DNA from: Pecten maximus
Taxonomy: Eukaryota
DNA length: 64,000 bases
Direction of reading: 5' to 3'
Assembly: GCF_902652985.1 (NCBI RefSeq)
Contig: NC_047021.1
Coordinates: forward strand, 6,386,001-6,450,000
Shown: positions 49,001 to 60,539 of the stretch, piece by piece
Layout of the letters: the number at the start of each line of letters is the position of its first letter
Numbering within the stretch: position 1 is the stretch's first letter
The notes under the pieces: generated by a model
Database searches by the model: none
Seen by the model: only the letters and a program-made list of their open reading frames with translations
Told to the model about the DNA's origin: nothing
Position numbers and translations under genes: made by a program

Positions 49001-52000
49001 ATAACATCAACACTTTTATACAACAATTATCTCCTAGTTATGGTGAAACTCTCAACTGACCTTGATGAGGGCGTCTGCATCAAAGATCTTGCCCTCCATC
49101 ATGTCCTGTGAAAGTAGACCCATGAGTGAGTAGAATTCGTCTGCACTCCCCACCGACAGAATACGTCTGAAAAAGGCAATCAGACGAGGATTATACCTAT
49201 GGCCAGGGAATGTTTACATCCTCAGACAGTAATCTTTTCTTTGTTGTCCAATCAATTATTTCTATTAACATTCCATTATTTTCTTTGATTTTAATACCAA
49301 TTCTGATTCAATTGTATGTCACTGGTATTACACTGCAAAATATACCAAAACTAATCAACATACAATGCTATTACTACTGTGTAACCACAGGAACATGGTA
49401 ATAACATTGTATGTTCCTGTGTTTACATAGTAATAACATTGTATGTTCCTGTGTTTATATAGTAATAACATTGTATGTTCCTGTGTTAACATGGTAATAA
49501 CATTGTATGTTCCTGTGTTTACATAGTAATAACATTGTATGTTCCTGTGTTTACATGGTAATAACATTGTATGTTCCTGTGTTTACATGGTAATAACATT
49601 GTACGTTCCTGCGTTAACATAGAAATAATACTGTATGTTCCTGTGTTTACATATTAATAATACTGTATGTTCCTGTGTTAACATAGTAATAACATTGTAT
49701 GTTCCTGTGTTTATATAGTAATAACATTGTATGTTCCTGTGTTTACATGGTAATAACATTGTATGTTCCTGTGTTTACATAGTAATAACATTGTATGTTA
49801 CTGTGTAAACATGGTAATAACATTGTATGTTTCCTGTGTTTACATAGTAATAACATTGTATGTTACTGTGTTAACATGGTAATAACATTGTATGTTCCTG
49901 TGTTAACATAGTAATAACATTGTATGTTTCCTGTGTTTACATAGTAATAACATTGTATGTTACTGTGTTAACATGGTAATAACATTGTATGTTCCTGTGT
50001 TACATAGTAATAACATTGTATGTTTCCTGTGTTTACATGGTAATAACATTGTATGTTCCTGTGTTTATATAGTAATAACATTGTATGTTCCTGTGTTTCC
50101 ATGGTAATAACATTGTATGTTCCTGTGTTTACATGGTAATAACATTGTATGTTCCTGTGTTTACATGGTAATAACATTGTATGTTCCTGTGTTTACCTAG
50201 TAATAACATTGTATGTTCCTGTGTTTACATGGTAATAACATTGTATGTTCCTGTGTTTACATAGTAATAACATTGTATGTTCCTATGTTTACATGGTAAT
50301 AACATTGTATGTTCCTGTGTTTACATGGTAATAACATTGTATGTTCCTGTGTTTACATGGTAATAACATTGTATGTTCCTGTGTTTACATGGTAATAACA
50401 TTGTATGTTCCTGTGTAAACATAGTAATACCATTGTATGTTCCTGTGTTTACATGGTAATAACATTGTATGTCCAGTGATTACAGAACATGGTAATACCA
50501 TTGTATGTTCCTGTGTTTACATAGTAATACCATTGTATGTCCAGTGATTACAGAACATGGTAATAACATTGTATGTTCCTGTGTTTACATAGTAATAACA
50601 TTGTATGTCCAGTGATTACAGAACATGGTAATAACATTGTATGTTCCTGTGTTAACATAGTAATAATACTGTATGTTCCTGTGTTTACATAGTAATAACA
50701 CTGTATGTTCCTGTGTTTACATGGTAATAACATTGTATGTTCCTGTGTTTACATAGTAATAACAGTGTATGTTCCTGTGTTTACACATTAATAATATTGT
50801 ATGTTCCTGTGTTTACATAGTAATAACATTGTATGTTCCTGTGTTTACATAGTAATAACATATTGTATGTTCCTGTGTTAACATGGTAATAACATTGTAT
50901 GTTCCTGTGTTAACATAGTAATAACATTGTATGTTTCCTGTGTTTACATAGTAATAACATTGTATGTTACTGTGTTAACATGGTAATAACATTGTATGTT
51001 CCTGTGTTAACATAGTAATAACATTGTATGTTTCCTGTGTTTACATAGTAATAACATTGTATGTTACTGTGTTAACATGGTAATAACATTGTATGTTCCT
51101 GTGTTTACATAGTAATAACATTGTATGTTTCCTGTGTTTACATGGTAATAACATTGTATGTTCCTGTGTTTATATAGTAATAACATTGTATGTTCCTGTG
51201 TTTCCATGGTAATAACATTGTATGTTCCTGTGTTTACATGGTAATAACATTGTATGTTCCTGTGTTTACATAGTAATAACATTGTATGTTCCTGTGTTTA
51301 CATAGTAATAACATTGTATGTTCCTGTGTTTACATGGTAATAACATTGTATGTTCCTGTGTTTACCTAGTAATAACATTGTATGTTCCTGTGTTTACATG
51401 GTAATAACATTGTATGTTCCTGTGTTTACATAGTAATAACATTGTATGTTCCTGTGTTTACACAGTAATAACATTGTATGTTACTGTGTTTATATAGTAA
51501 TAACATTGTATGTTCCTGTGTTTACACAGTAATAACATTGTATGTTCCAGTGTTTACACAGTAATAACATTGTATGTTCCTGTGTTTACATAGTAATAAC
51601 ATTGTATGTTCCTGTGTTTACATGGTAATAACATTGTATGTTTCCTGTGTTTACATGGTAATAACATTGTATGTTCCTGTGTTTACATGGTAATAACATT
51701 GTATGTTCCTGTGTTTACATGGTAATAACATTGTATGTTTCCTGTGTTTACATGGTAATAACATTGTATGTTCCTGTGTTTACATGGTAATAACATTGTA
51801 TGTTCCTGTGTTTACATGGTAATAACATTGTATGTTTCCTGTGTTTACCTAGTAATAACATTGTATGTTCCTGTGTTTACCTAGTAATAACATTGTATGT
51901 TCCTGTGTTTACCTAGTATTAACATTGTATGTTCCTGTGTTTCCATGGTAATGCTGTCACTACCATGTAAGAGGTTTTCCTGACCAGAGTTATATGTGTA

Positions 52001-55000
52001 ATGTTGGTATCATACAGTCAGTCATAGAAACAATGGTCCTCAGTCTCCCCAGGGGCCCCATATAAATTGCTTGTCTGGTAAAACAAGGTCAGTTTTCATC
52101 CCCATGGAACTGAAATATGTGATACAAGATATATAGGAACTTTTTATTTGACAGATGTCAGCAATTTTGGACTAGACAGCCATTTGTTTGTCAGCATATT
52201 TGAATAACATAAAATTAAAAAAAATAGAATTCCGCAGAAATAGAAGTGTCGCTATACAACATTTAAGGTATTATGTGGACGATATCAGGGCTTCATGATA
52301 CTATTGTGTGTCATAACTCCAGCAATAAATAGAATTTGAAACAAGAATTTAACTCAAACTGCAATCCCTCACTCATGAAAAAGTCATGTATCAAGATACA
52401 CATTGATGTGCAGATTGTGTCGATTATAATAAGTGTTAGTGAAGAAATATGGCAGAGTACCCGGAGAAAAACCAGTGGCCTACAGTCAGTACCTGGCAGC
52501 TGCCCCACGTAGGTTTCAAACTCGCAACCCAGAGGTGGAGGGCTGGTGATAAAGAGTCGGGACACCTTTACCATTTGGCCACTGTGGCCCCTAAAAATAC
52601 AGATAATATATTATAATGGTTTCAAATGTAATGTCACTCCATGCTTTTAAAAAATATGGAAAGCATGGTGTTCAATTACATTTGAAACCATTACAATATA
52701 TTATAAAATGGTCCTTCTAAAACCTAATATGGAGTGAATACATAACCTTAAAAAATTACACAGGCTAGAGTTACATGTATGTCCCATTACATCAGATCAC
52801 CTTAAAACATATTAAAACATCAGATAAGAGTTATCTCCCTTATTAAATTAACCCCCCCCCCCCTCCTTCTACACCAGATTATATATACATGTTAGTAAGA
52901 GTTTCCCCCCTTTACACTACAGTATAGAGGGTGAAGCTATGGCCCCTTATACCAGAGAACAAGAGGCCCATGGGGCCTGTATCGCTCACCTGGTTGGATT
53001 TGACCAAATGTCAAAATAATGTTCATGTTCAATTCCTTTTGTTTGTTAACCTCAAACAATGCTATTTATGGTTATAGCGTGGGGATCCCAACTGCTTTAA
53101 AGAAATAATGAAGTCCAGACTCTCTGAGTTTACAACATGCATTTATAACTTTATGACTAGTAGTGATTTAAAGGAATTACCTCTATTTCCCCCATTAGGC
53201 CCCGCCCCTTTGGCCCCTTGGGGGTCAAAGTCACCATTTATGCAAAATCTGTTCCCCTTCCCCCAAGAATGCTTCTGACTAAATTGGGTTCAAATCCATT
53301 CATAACTTAATGACAAGTAGCGATTTGAAGGAATTACCTCTATTTCCCCATTAGGCCCCGCCCCTTTGGCCCCTTGGGGGTCAGAGTCACCATTTATGCA
53401 AAATCTATTCCCCATCCCCAAAGGATGTTTCTGACCAAATTGGGTTCAAATCCATTCATAACTTTATGACAAGTAGCGATTTAAAGGAATTACCTCAATT
53501 TCCCCTATTGGGCCCCGCCCCTCAGGCCCCTTGGGGGTCAGAGTCACCATTTATGCAAAATCTGTTCCCCTTCCCCCAAGAATGTTTCTGACCAAATTGA
53601 GTTCAAATCCATTCATAACTTTATGACTAGTAGCGATTTGAAGGAATTACCTCTATTTCCCCCATTAGGCCCCGCCCCTTTGGCCCCTTGGGGTCAGAGT
53701 CACCATTTATGCAAAATCTGTTCCCCTTCCCCAAAGGATGTTTCTGACCAAATTGGGTTCAAATCCATTCATAACTTTAGGACTAGTAGCGATTTGAAGG
53801 AATTACCTCTATTTCCCCTAATGGGCCCCGCCCTTTTGGCCCCTTGGGGGTCAGAGTCACCATTTATGCAAAATCTGTTCCCCTTCCCCAAAGGATGTTT
53901 CTGACCAAATTGGGTTCAAATCCATTCATAACTTTATGACAAGTAGCGATTTGAAGGAATTACCTCTATTTCCCATTAGGCCCCGCCCCTTTGGCCCCTT
54001 GGGGGTCAGAGTCACCATTTATGCAAAATCTGTTCCCCTTCCCCAAAGGATGTTTCTGACCAAATTGGGTTCAAATCCATTCATAACTTTATGACTAGTA
54101 GCGATTTGAAGGAATTACTTCTATTTCCCCATTAGGCCCCGCCCCTTTGGCCCCTTGGGGGTCAGAGTCACCATTTATGCAAAATCTGTTCCCCTTCCCC
54201 AAAGGATGTTTCTGACCAAATTGGGTTCAAATCCATTCATAACTTTATGACTAGTAGCGATTTAAAGGAATTGCCTTAATTTCCCCTATTGGGCCCTGCC
54301 CCTCAGGCCCCTTGGGGGTCAGAGTCACCATTTATGCAAAATCTGATCCCCTTCCCCGAAACATGTTTCTGACCAAATTGGGTTCAAATCCATTCATAAC
54401 TTTATGACTAGTAGCGATTTGAAGGAATTACCTCTATTTCCCCATTAGGCCCCGCCCCTTTGGCCCCTAGGGGGTCAGAGTAACCATTTATGCAAAATCT
54501 GTTCCCCTTCCCCAAAGGATGTTTCTGACCAAATCGGGTTCAAATCCATTCATAACTTTATGACTAGTAGCGATTTGAAGGAATTACCTCTATTTCCCCA
54601 TTAGGCCCCGCCCCTTTGGCTCCTTGGGGGTCAGAGTCACCATTTATGCAAAATCTGTTCCCCTTCCCCAAAGGATGTTTCTGACCAAATTGGGTTCAAA
54701 TCCATTCGTAACTTTATGACTAGTAGCGATTTAAAGGAATTGCCTCAATTTCCCCTATTGGGCCCCGCCCCTCAGGCCCCTTGGGGGTCAGAGTCACCAT
54801 TTATGCAAAATCTGATCCCCTTCTGCCAAGGATGTTTCTGACCAAATTTGGTCAAAATCCAATAAGAACTTGATGACTAGTAGCGATTTGAAGCAAAAGT
54901 TGACGGACGGACGACGGACGACGGACGACGGACGCTGCACCATGGCATAAGCTCACCGGACCTTCGGTCCAGGTGAGCTAAAAACAGAACACACTAAAAC

Positions 55001-58000
55001 ATCCAGGTAGTGTTTACACTATTTCTGTATTTCTACATTAATGACAATATTTACTAATTTTAGAGTTGTCATGATAAATAATACTGACCTTGACAATTTG
55101 CCCCAAATTGCCAGTGCTGTACGGAGCAGGATTTCAGATCCCTCCAGCAAGATGGAGTCCCAAACACGAAGAACCACAGCCTTGGGCAAACATGTGGCAA
55201 ACATGGTGAGAAACCACTGCATGGTGAATACATTGGTTAGGGGTGGCTCATAGTTAGCACCTGTAAATCAGAAACCACTCCATGGTGAATACATTGGTAA
55301 GCGGAGGCTCATAGTTAACACCTGTCAAACAGAAACCACTCCATGGTGAATACATTGGTTAGGGGTGGCTCATAGTTAGCACCTGTCAATCAGAATCTGT
55401 TAATGGCATTGGTAGCGATGGTGGGAAAAGGTATTTAATCCTTTTCCCTCGATCCTGCTGTCTTTGTGTCCAAAAACGTTCATCTTTTCAAAAATATATC
55501 ATTTTTTATTTTGTTTGATTTCTATTTTCCTCTCTGAAAGGCAAGTGTTTGTAGTTTATCTGGTCATCTTTGAATACATTTGGAACATTTGCAATTCACT
55601 ATTGGTGAAATAAAGTATTCTGATGATACAGATTGATAGAATTTATGGCAACAGTCAAATGTATTAGAAGACGTCACACCCACACAAACCTGATCAATAT
55701 CAAGTCAGAAGTGTTGGCAATCACAGCTACAACCTGTTCTCCAGGATAACACAGTCAGTCATCAGATACAGGCAACTCCAGGATAACACAGGCAGTAAAC
55801 AGATACAGGCAACTCCAGGATAACACAGTCACCAGATACAGGCAACTCCAGGATAACACTGACAGTCACCAGATACAGGCAACTCCAGGATAACACAGTC
55901 AGTCACCAGATACAGGCAACTCCAGGATAACACAGACAGTCACCAGATACAACTCCAGGATAACACAGCCAGTCACCAGATACAGGCAACTCCAGGATAA
56001 CACTGACAGTCACCAGATACAGGCAACTCCAGGATAACACAGTCAGTCACCAGATACAGGCAACTCCAGGATAACACAGTCACCAGATACAGGAAACTCC
56101 AGGATAACACAGACAGTCACCAGATACAGGCAACTCCAGGATAACAAAGACAGTCACCAGATACAGGCAACTCCAGGATAACACAGTCACCAGATACAGG
56201 CAACTCCAGGATAACAAAGACAGTAACCAGATACAGGCAACTCCAGGATAACACAGAAAATCACCAGATACAGGCAACTCCAGGATAACACAGAAAGTCA
56301 CCAGATACAGGAAACTCCAGGAAAACACAAACAGTCACCAGATACAGGGAACTCCAGGATAACACAGACAGTCACCAGAAACAGGCAACTCCTGGATAAC
56401 ACAGAAAGTCACCAGATACAGGCAACTCCAGGATAACACAGTCACCAGATACAGGAAACTCCAGGATAACACAGACAGTCATCAGATACAGGCAACTCCA
56501 GGATAACACAGACAGTCACCAGATACAGGCAACTACAGGATAACACAGACAGTCACCAGATACAGGCAACTCAAGGATAACACAGTCAGTCAGCAGATAC
56601 AGGCAACTCAAGGATAACACAGAAAGTCACCAGATACAGGCAACTCCAGGATAACACAGACAGTCACCAGATACAGGGAACACCAGGATAACACAGACAG
56701 TCACCAGATACAGGGAACACCAGGATAACACAGACAGTCACCAGATACAGTCAACTCCAGGATAACACAGACAGTCACCAGATACAGGCAACTCCAGGAT
56801 AACACAGACAGTCACCAGATACAGGCAACTCCAGGATAACACAGACAGTCACCAGATACAGGCAACTCCAGGATAACACAGACAGTCACCAGATACAGGC
56901 AACTCCAGGATAACACAGTCACCAGATACAGGCAACTCCAGGATAACAAAGACAGTCACCAGATACAGGCAACTCCTGTCTGTGAGGATTGTCACCTGAT
57001 TTCATGTATGTGAGGATAGTCAACTGATGTCATGTCTGTGAGGATTGTCACCTGATGTCATGTCTGTGAGGATAGTCAACTGATGTCATGTCTGTGAGGA
57101 TTGTCACCTGATGTCATATCTGTGTGGATAGTCACCTGATTTCATGTATGTGAGGATAGTCAACTGATGTCATGTCTGTGAGGATAGTCACCTGATTTCA
57201 TGTCTGTGAGGATAGAGACCTGATGTCATGTCTGTGAGGATAGAGACCTGATGTCATGTCTGTGTGGATAGTCACCTGATTTCATGTATGTGAGGATAGT
57301 CAACTGATGTCATGTCTGTGAGGATAGAGACCTGATGTCATGTATGTGAGGATAGTCAACTGATGTCATGTCTGTGTGGATAGTCACCTGATTTCATGTA
57401 TGTGAGGATTGTCACCTGATGTCATGTCTGTGAGGATAGAGACCTGATGTCATGTCTGTGAGGATAGTCACCCGATGTCATGTCTGGAGGTAGAGACCTG
57501 ATGTCATGTCTGTGAGGATTGTCACCTGATGTCATGTCTGTGAGGATAGTCACCTGATGTCATGTCTGTGAGGATAGAGACCTGATGTCATGTCTGTGGG
57601 GATAGAGACCCGATGTCATGTCTGTGGGGATAGTCACCTGATATTAAATATCATGAATTTTGTTGGTAAATCTGATGTATAGTAATAGATATGGTTGGTT
57701 TACCACTAGTACACAGACTGATGTTGGCTGATGTTTACTGGTGTTGGATAGTCTATATTAGATGGGAACAGGTTTGATTTAGAATTGTTGTATGTCCCAT
57801 TAATAAGGTCAAGAAAGAATGGTGAAACAGAAGAGTATAGAAAGAGGTGATATTATATATCAATTATTAATTTATAATGACACCAGACATATATGCTTCT
57901 GCCCTTGCCTTACCTGTGGTCTTGTCCTGTGCAGCGTACTGCAGATAATCCAGGTGTTTGGAAAGTTTGGGAAACATGAGTCCGAGCAGGTCCCTAAACA

Positions 58001-58492
58001 CTGCCATATCCACTGACAGGGCACGCAGGTTGTTAGCAAAGTAACTGTCGGGTAGCACATGGTCGATCAAGTAGATCATCACCTAGTGAACAGTATCATC
58101 AGTAAAATATATAGCTATAGGATAGTACATATCAAAGGAGGAAACAAACGTGTTTAGGATTACAGACAGTTCCTCTATAATAGAATTAGCTTAAACAACA
58201 CTATGTTACATCCATGACATTATAAATTCATACAGATGTTGTGACTAATACATCATATAAGAATAATTTTGTTTCTTCTGTAAAACCAGTCCAAAGTAAA
58301 GTTTACCATGAGAGCATCATCTTCCTTTCTCTCCATGACCTCCAGTAACAGAGCTGCAATGACATTGAAACCCTGGCAGTAACCCACAGTCTTATTCCAT
58401 CTAGCATAGGCCAACAGAACTCGCTTCAATACAGCACGGTCCTCGTCGTTATCCTGACCACTGAATCCACTGCAGCCTGTTCTGTGGAGGTC
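44530..58492 (-). CDS. TBC1D30: TBC1 domain family member 30 (Rab GTPase-activating protein), 3' seven exons; 5' exons not found in window
   Basis: Exons 58492-58307, 58082-57914, 55260-55089, 49166-49061, 48311-48083 (donor could be 48110), 47852-47655, 46022-44530; GT-AG and in phase. TBC motifs DLHRTG and GYCQGFN, plus TBC1D30-type LSVDMAVFRDLL, YEPPLTNVFTMQWFLTMF, LREKYTYNI, ERMSTDISSLKKQY, AINHL. Confidence 0.93.
47030..47645. repeat. Variable-length minisatellite starting ~10 nt after a TBC1D30 donor
   Basis: Core gggtgttatgaagcaccc plus a C-rich linker. Confidence 0.9.
47655..47852 (-). CDS. TBC1D30: TBC1D30 exon
   Basis: SEGDLVGPNADISSVGPGAYG...LERMSTDISSLKKQYHRLKHRQTQAHIILA. Confidence 0.9.
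48083..48311 (-). CDS. TBC1D30: TBC1D30 exon (3' boundary 48083 or 48110)
   Basis: FIYSCAPFPMQQLPELREKYTYNIRPF...SDEDDLDEEDLEAITCF. Confidence 0.85.
49061..49166 (-). CDS. TBC1D30: TBC1D30 exon
   Basis: RILSVGSADEFYSLMGLLSQDMMEGKIFDADALIK; tttcag acceptor, gtcagt donor. Confidence 0.9.
49392..51952. repeat. 32-bp minisatellite, ~80 copies
   Basis: Unit cat(g/a)gtaataacattgtatgttcctgtgttta. Confidence 0.97.
52455..52591 (-). mobile_element. tRNA-derived SINE, 5' portion
   Basis: Minus strand ggggccacagtggccaaatggtaaagg (A box)...gagtttgaaacc (B box)...ggtttttctccgggtactc, then truncated. Confidence 0.8.
52603..52704. repeat. AT-rich inverted repeat
   Basis: ataatatattataatggtttcaaatgtaat...ccatgcttt / aaagcatgg...attacatttgaaaccattacaatatattat. 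Confidence 0.85.
52958..54984. mobile_element. Intact Helentron-associated non-autonomous element (HINE/pearl-like) carrying ~11 tandem ~156-bp core repeats
   Basis: aacaagaggcccatggggcct...gctcacctgg head; cores at ~53157-54890; (GACG/GAC)n microsatellite; agctcacc-ggaccttcggtcc-aggtgagct hairpin; A-run. Confidence 0.9.
55089..55260 (-). CDS. TBC1D30: TBC1D30 exon
   Basis: ANYEPPLTNVFTMQWFLTMFATCLPKAVVLRVWDSILLEGSEILLRTALAIWGKLS. Confidence 0.94.
55209..55396 (-). repeat. 61-bp tandem triplication of a TBC1D30 acceptor plus the first ~51 nt of the exon
   Basis: Three copies of acag|gtgctaactatgagcc...atg(c/g)agtggtttct with exon starts at 55382, 55321 and 55260. Confidence 0.95.
55740..56976. 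repeat. 37-bp minisatellite
   Basis: Unit ccaggataacacagacagtcaccagatacaggcaact. Confidence 0.96.
56977..57642. repeat. 28-bp minisatellite directly abutting the 37-bp array
   Basis: Unit gtctgtgaggatagtcacctgatgtcat. Confidence 0.96.
57914..58082 (-). CDS. TBC1D30: TBC1D30 exon
   Basis: VMIYLIDHVLPDSYFANNLRALSVDMAVFRDLLGLMFPKLSKHLDYLQ. Confidence 0.95.
58307..58492 (-). CDS. TBC1D30: TBC1D30 exon with the catalytic R and Q fingers
   Basis: DLHRTGCSGFSGQDNDEDRAVLKRVLLAYARWNKTVGYCQGFNVIAALLLEVM. Confidence 0.95.
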
Positions 58493-58694
58493 CTGTAAAT
58501 AAGGGCAGACAACTAAGTTAAACAAAGTGAACAATGGCAGACAGGTTTAGACAATTACAGGTAACAAGGGCAGACAACTTAGAAATATGTTAACAACTTA
58601 AAGGTACAATGGCAGACTAAATAAAACAAGCAACTACCAACATGAACAAGGGCAGACAAGTTAGACAACTACAGGTCTATCAAGTAAATCATCA

Positions 58695-60062
58695 AAATTC
58701 CAGTTCCAGTTTTACATTTACCAACAATACCAGTCCCAGTGTTGCTTTACCCACAATTCCAGTGTTACATTACCCACAATTCCAGTTTAACATTACCCAT
58801 AATTCCAGTTTAACATTACCCAATATTCCAGTTCCAGTTTCACATTACCCACAAATCCAGTCACATTATCCACAGTAATACTACCCAAATGTCCAGTTTC
58901 AGTTTTTACCCACAATTCTAGCCCCAGTGTTATATTACCCACAATTCCAGTGTTACATTTCCCACAATTCAAGAGAGGCATTACCCACAAATGCAGTATG
59001 TGTAATACTACCCAAAAGTCCAGTTTCAGTTTTTACCCACAATTCTACTCCCAGTGTTATATTATCCACAATTCCAGTGTTACATTATCCACAATTCCAG
59101 TTGAACATTACTCAATATCCCAGTTCCATCTTTATATCTACCCACGATTCTAGTGTTACTTTTTATACCCACAATTCCAGAGTTACATTATCGAAAACTC
59201 CAGTCCCAGTGTTACATTGTCAACATTTAGTGTAACATTACCCAAAATTCCAGTGTTATGTTACCCAAAATTCCAGTGTTACGTTACCCACAATTCCAGT
59301 GTTATATTACCCAAAAGTCCAGTTTCAGTTTTACATTTACCAAAAAGTCCAGTTTCAGTTTTACATTTACCCAAAAGTCGAATTTTAGTTTTACATTTAC
59401 CTATATTTCCAGTGCACATTACCCACAAACCACTGCTGCATTACCCACAATTCCAGAGTTACATTATCCTAAAATCCAGTCCCAGTGTCTTATAACCCAC
59501 AATATCCCATGATATTACCAACAATTCTAGTGTTACATTACCCACAATGCCAGTGTACATTACCCACAATTCCAGAGTTACATTATACCCACAATTCTAG
59601 TGTTACATTACCCACAATTCCAGTGCACATTACCCACAATTCCAGAGTTACGTTATCCAAAACTCCAGTCCCAGTGTCATATAACTCACATTTCCAGCAG
59701 GGTTCAAAGTGGATATTTTAACCAGGTGGCCTATTTGGCTACCAAGTCATAAAATCTAGATGCCAATTGGAAAAGTTAATCGCCGGCCAAGTTGTCTCAA
59801 CTTATAAAAAAAAATCTTTTAATTCTTTAGTATAGTAAAACATCTCTGTAACTTTTTCAATTGTGAGCGTCATTTTAGCATTGACTGCAACCTTTGAAGG
59901 AGTTAACACAATCGCAAATTTACATGATTTTTTAGGGGCCATGCAGGCACCTTATAGGTCAATAACTGGTCACCAATGGTGAATTTAAGGCACCATGGCC
60001 ACTAAAATAGGCGCCACTTTGAACACTGTCCAGTGTTACATTACCCACAATTCCAGTGTTAT
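58695..60062. repeat. Degenerate ~23-bp minisatellite interrupted by a MITE
   Basis: Unit acattacccacaattccagtgtt on both sides of the 59698-60028 insertion. Confidence 0.88.
59698..60028. mobile_element. 331-bp non-autonomous TIR element with 5-bp TSD (hAT-like termini)
   Basis: TIRs cagggttcaaagtgg / ccactttgaacactg (14/15 match); tccag duplicated at 59693-59697 and 60029-60033. Confidence 0.85.
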
Positions 60063-60539
60063 ATATGTTACATGCAATATAACTCTGCCAGCCTTACAGA
60101 TAGTTTGTGTAGCACATACTCCTCTTACAATAAAGTGTTGTATATTACTCACACATCTACATGTACATCTTTCACACATATTGACAACACTTGGTCCTAG
60201 TCAGACATGGTTTCCATCAACTTAAATAACACAATCATCTTATCAGTTACTTCAAAATCAATAATGTGTGAGACAGCAAATCTGATCAATTATGTATTTC
60301 CCTTATGTAGTCTGTCTCTGTACTTGAAGAGAACACAATCCAAGTGGGTTTTAAGATTGGTTTGTAAGAGCATTACACAGAACCAGTGTATCATATATAT
60401 AACCTTATATCAAACTCAGTTTATCTTACCTTCAATTTCAATTCTACTTTTTCAATTATGGCTTCATTCCAAAAAGGGTAAGCTTTTCAGAGAAAGGATT
60501 ATACTGTATTGATTAATCCTTAAGCACAAAAGATTAGGA

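Noticed and set aside
52480-52591. Possible tRNA gene
   Set aside because: A and B boxes are present, but there is no proper cloverleaf and a SINE body follows.
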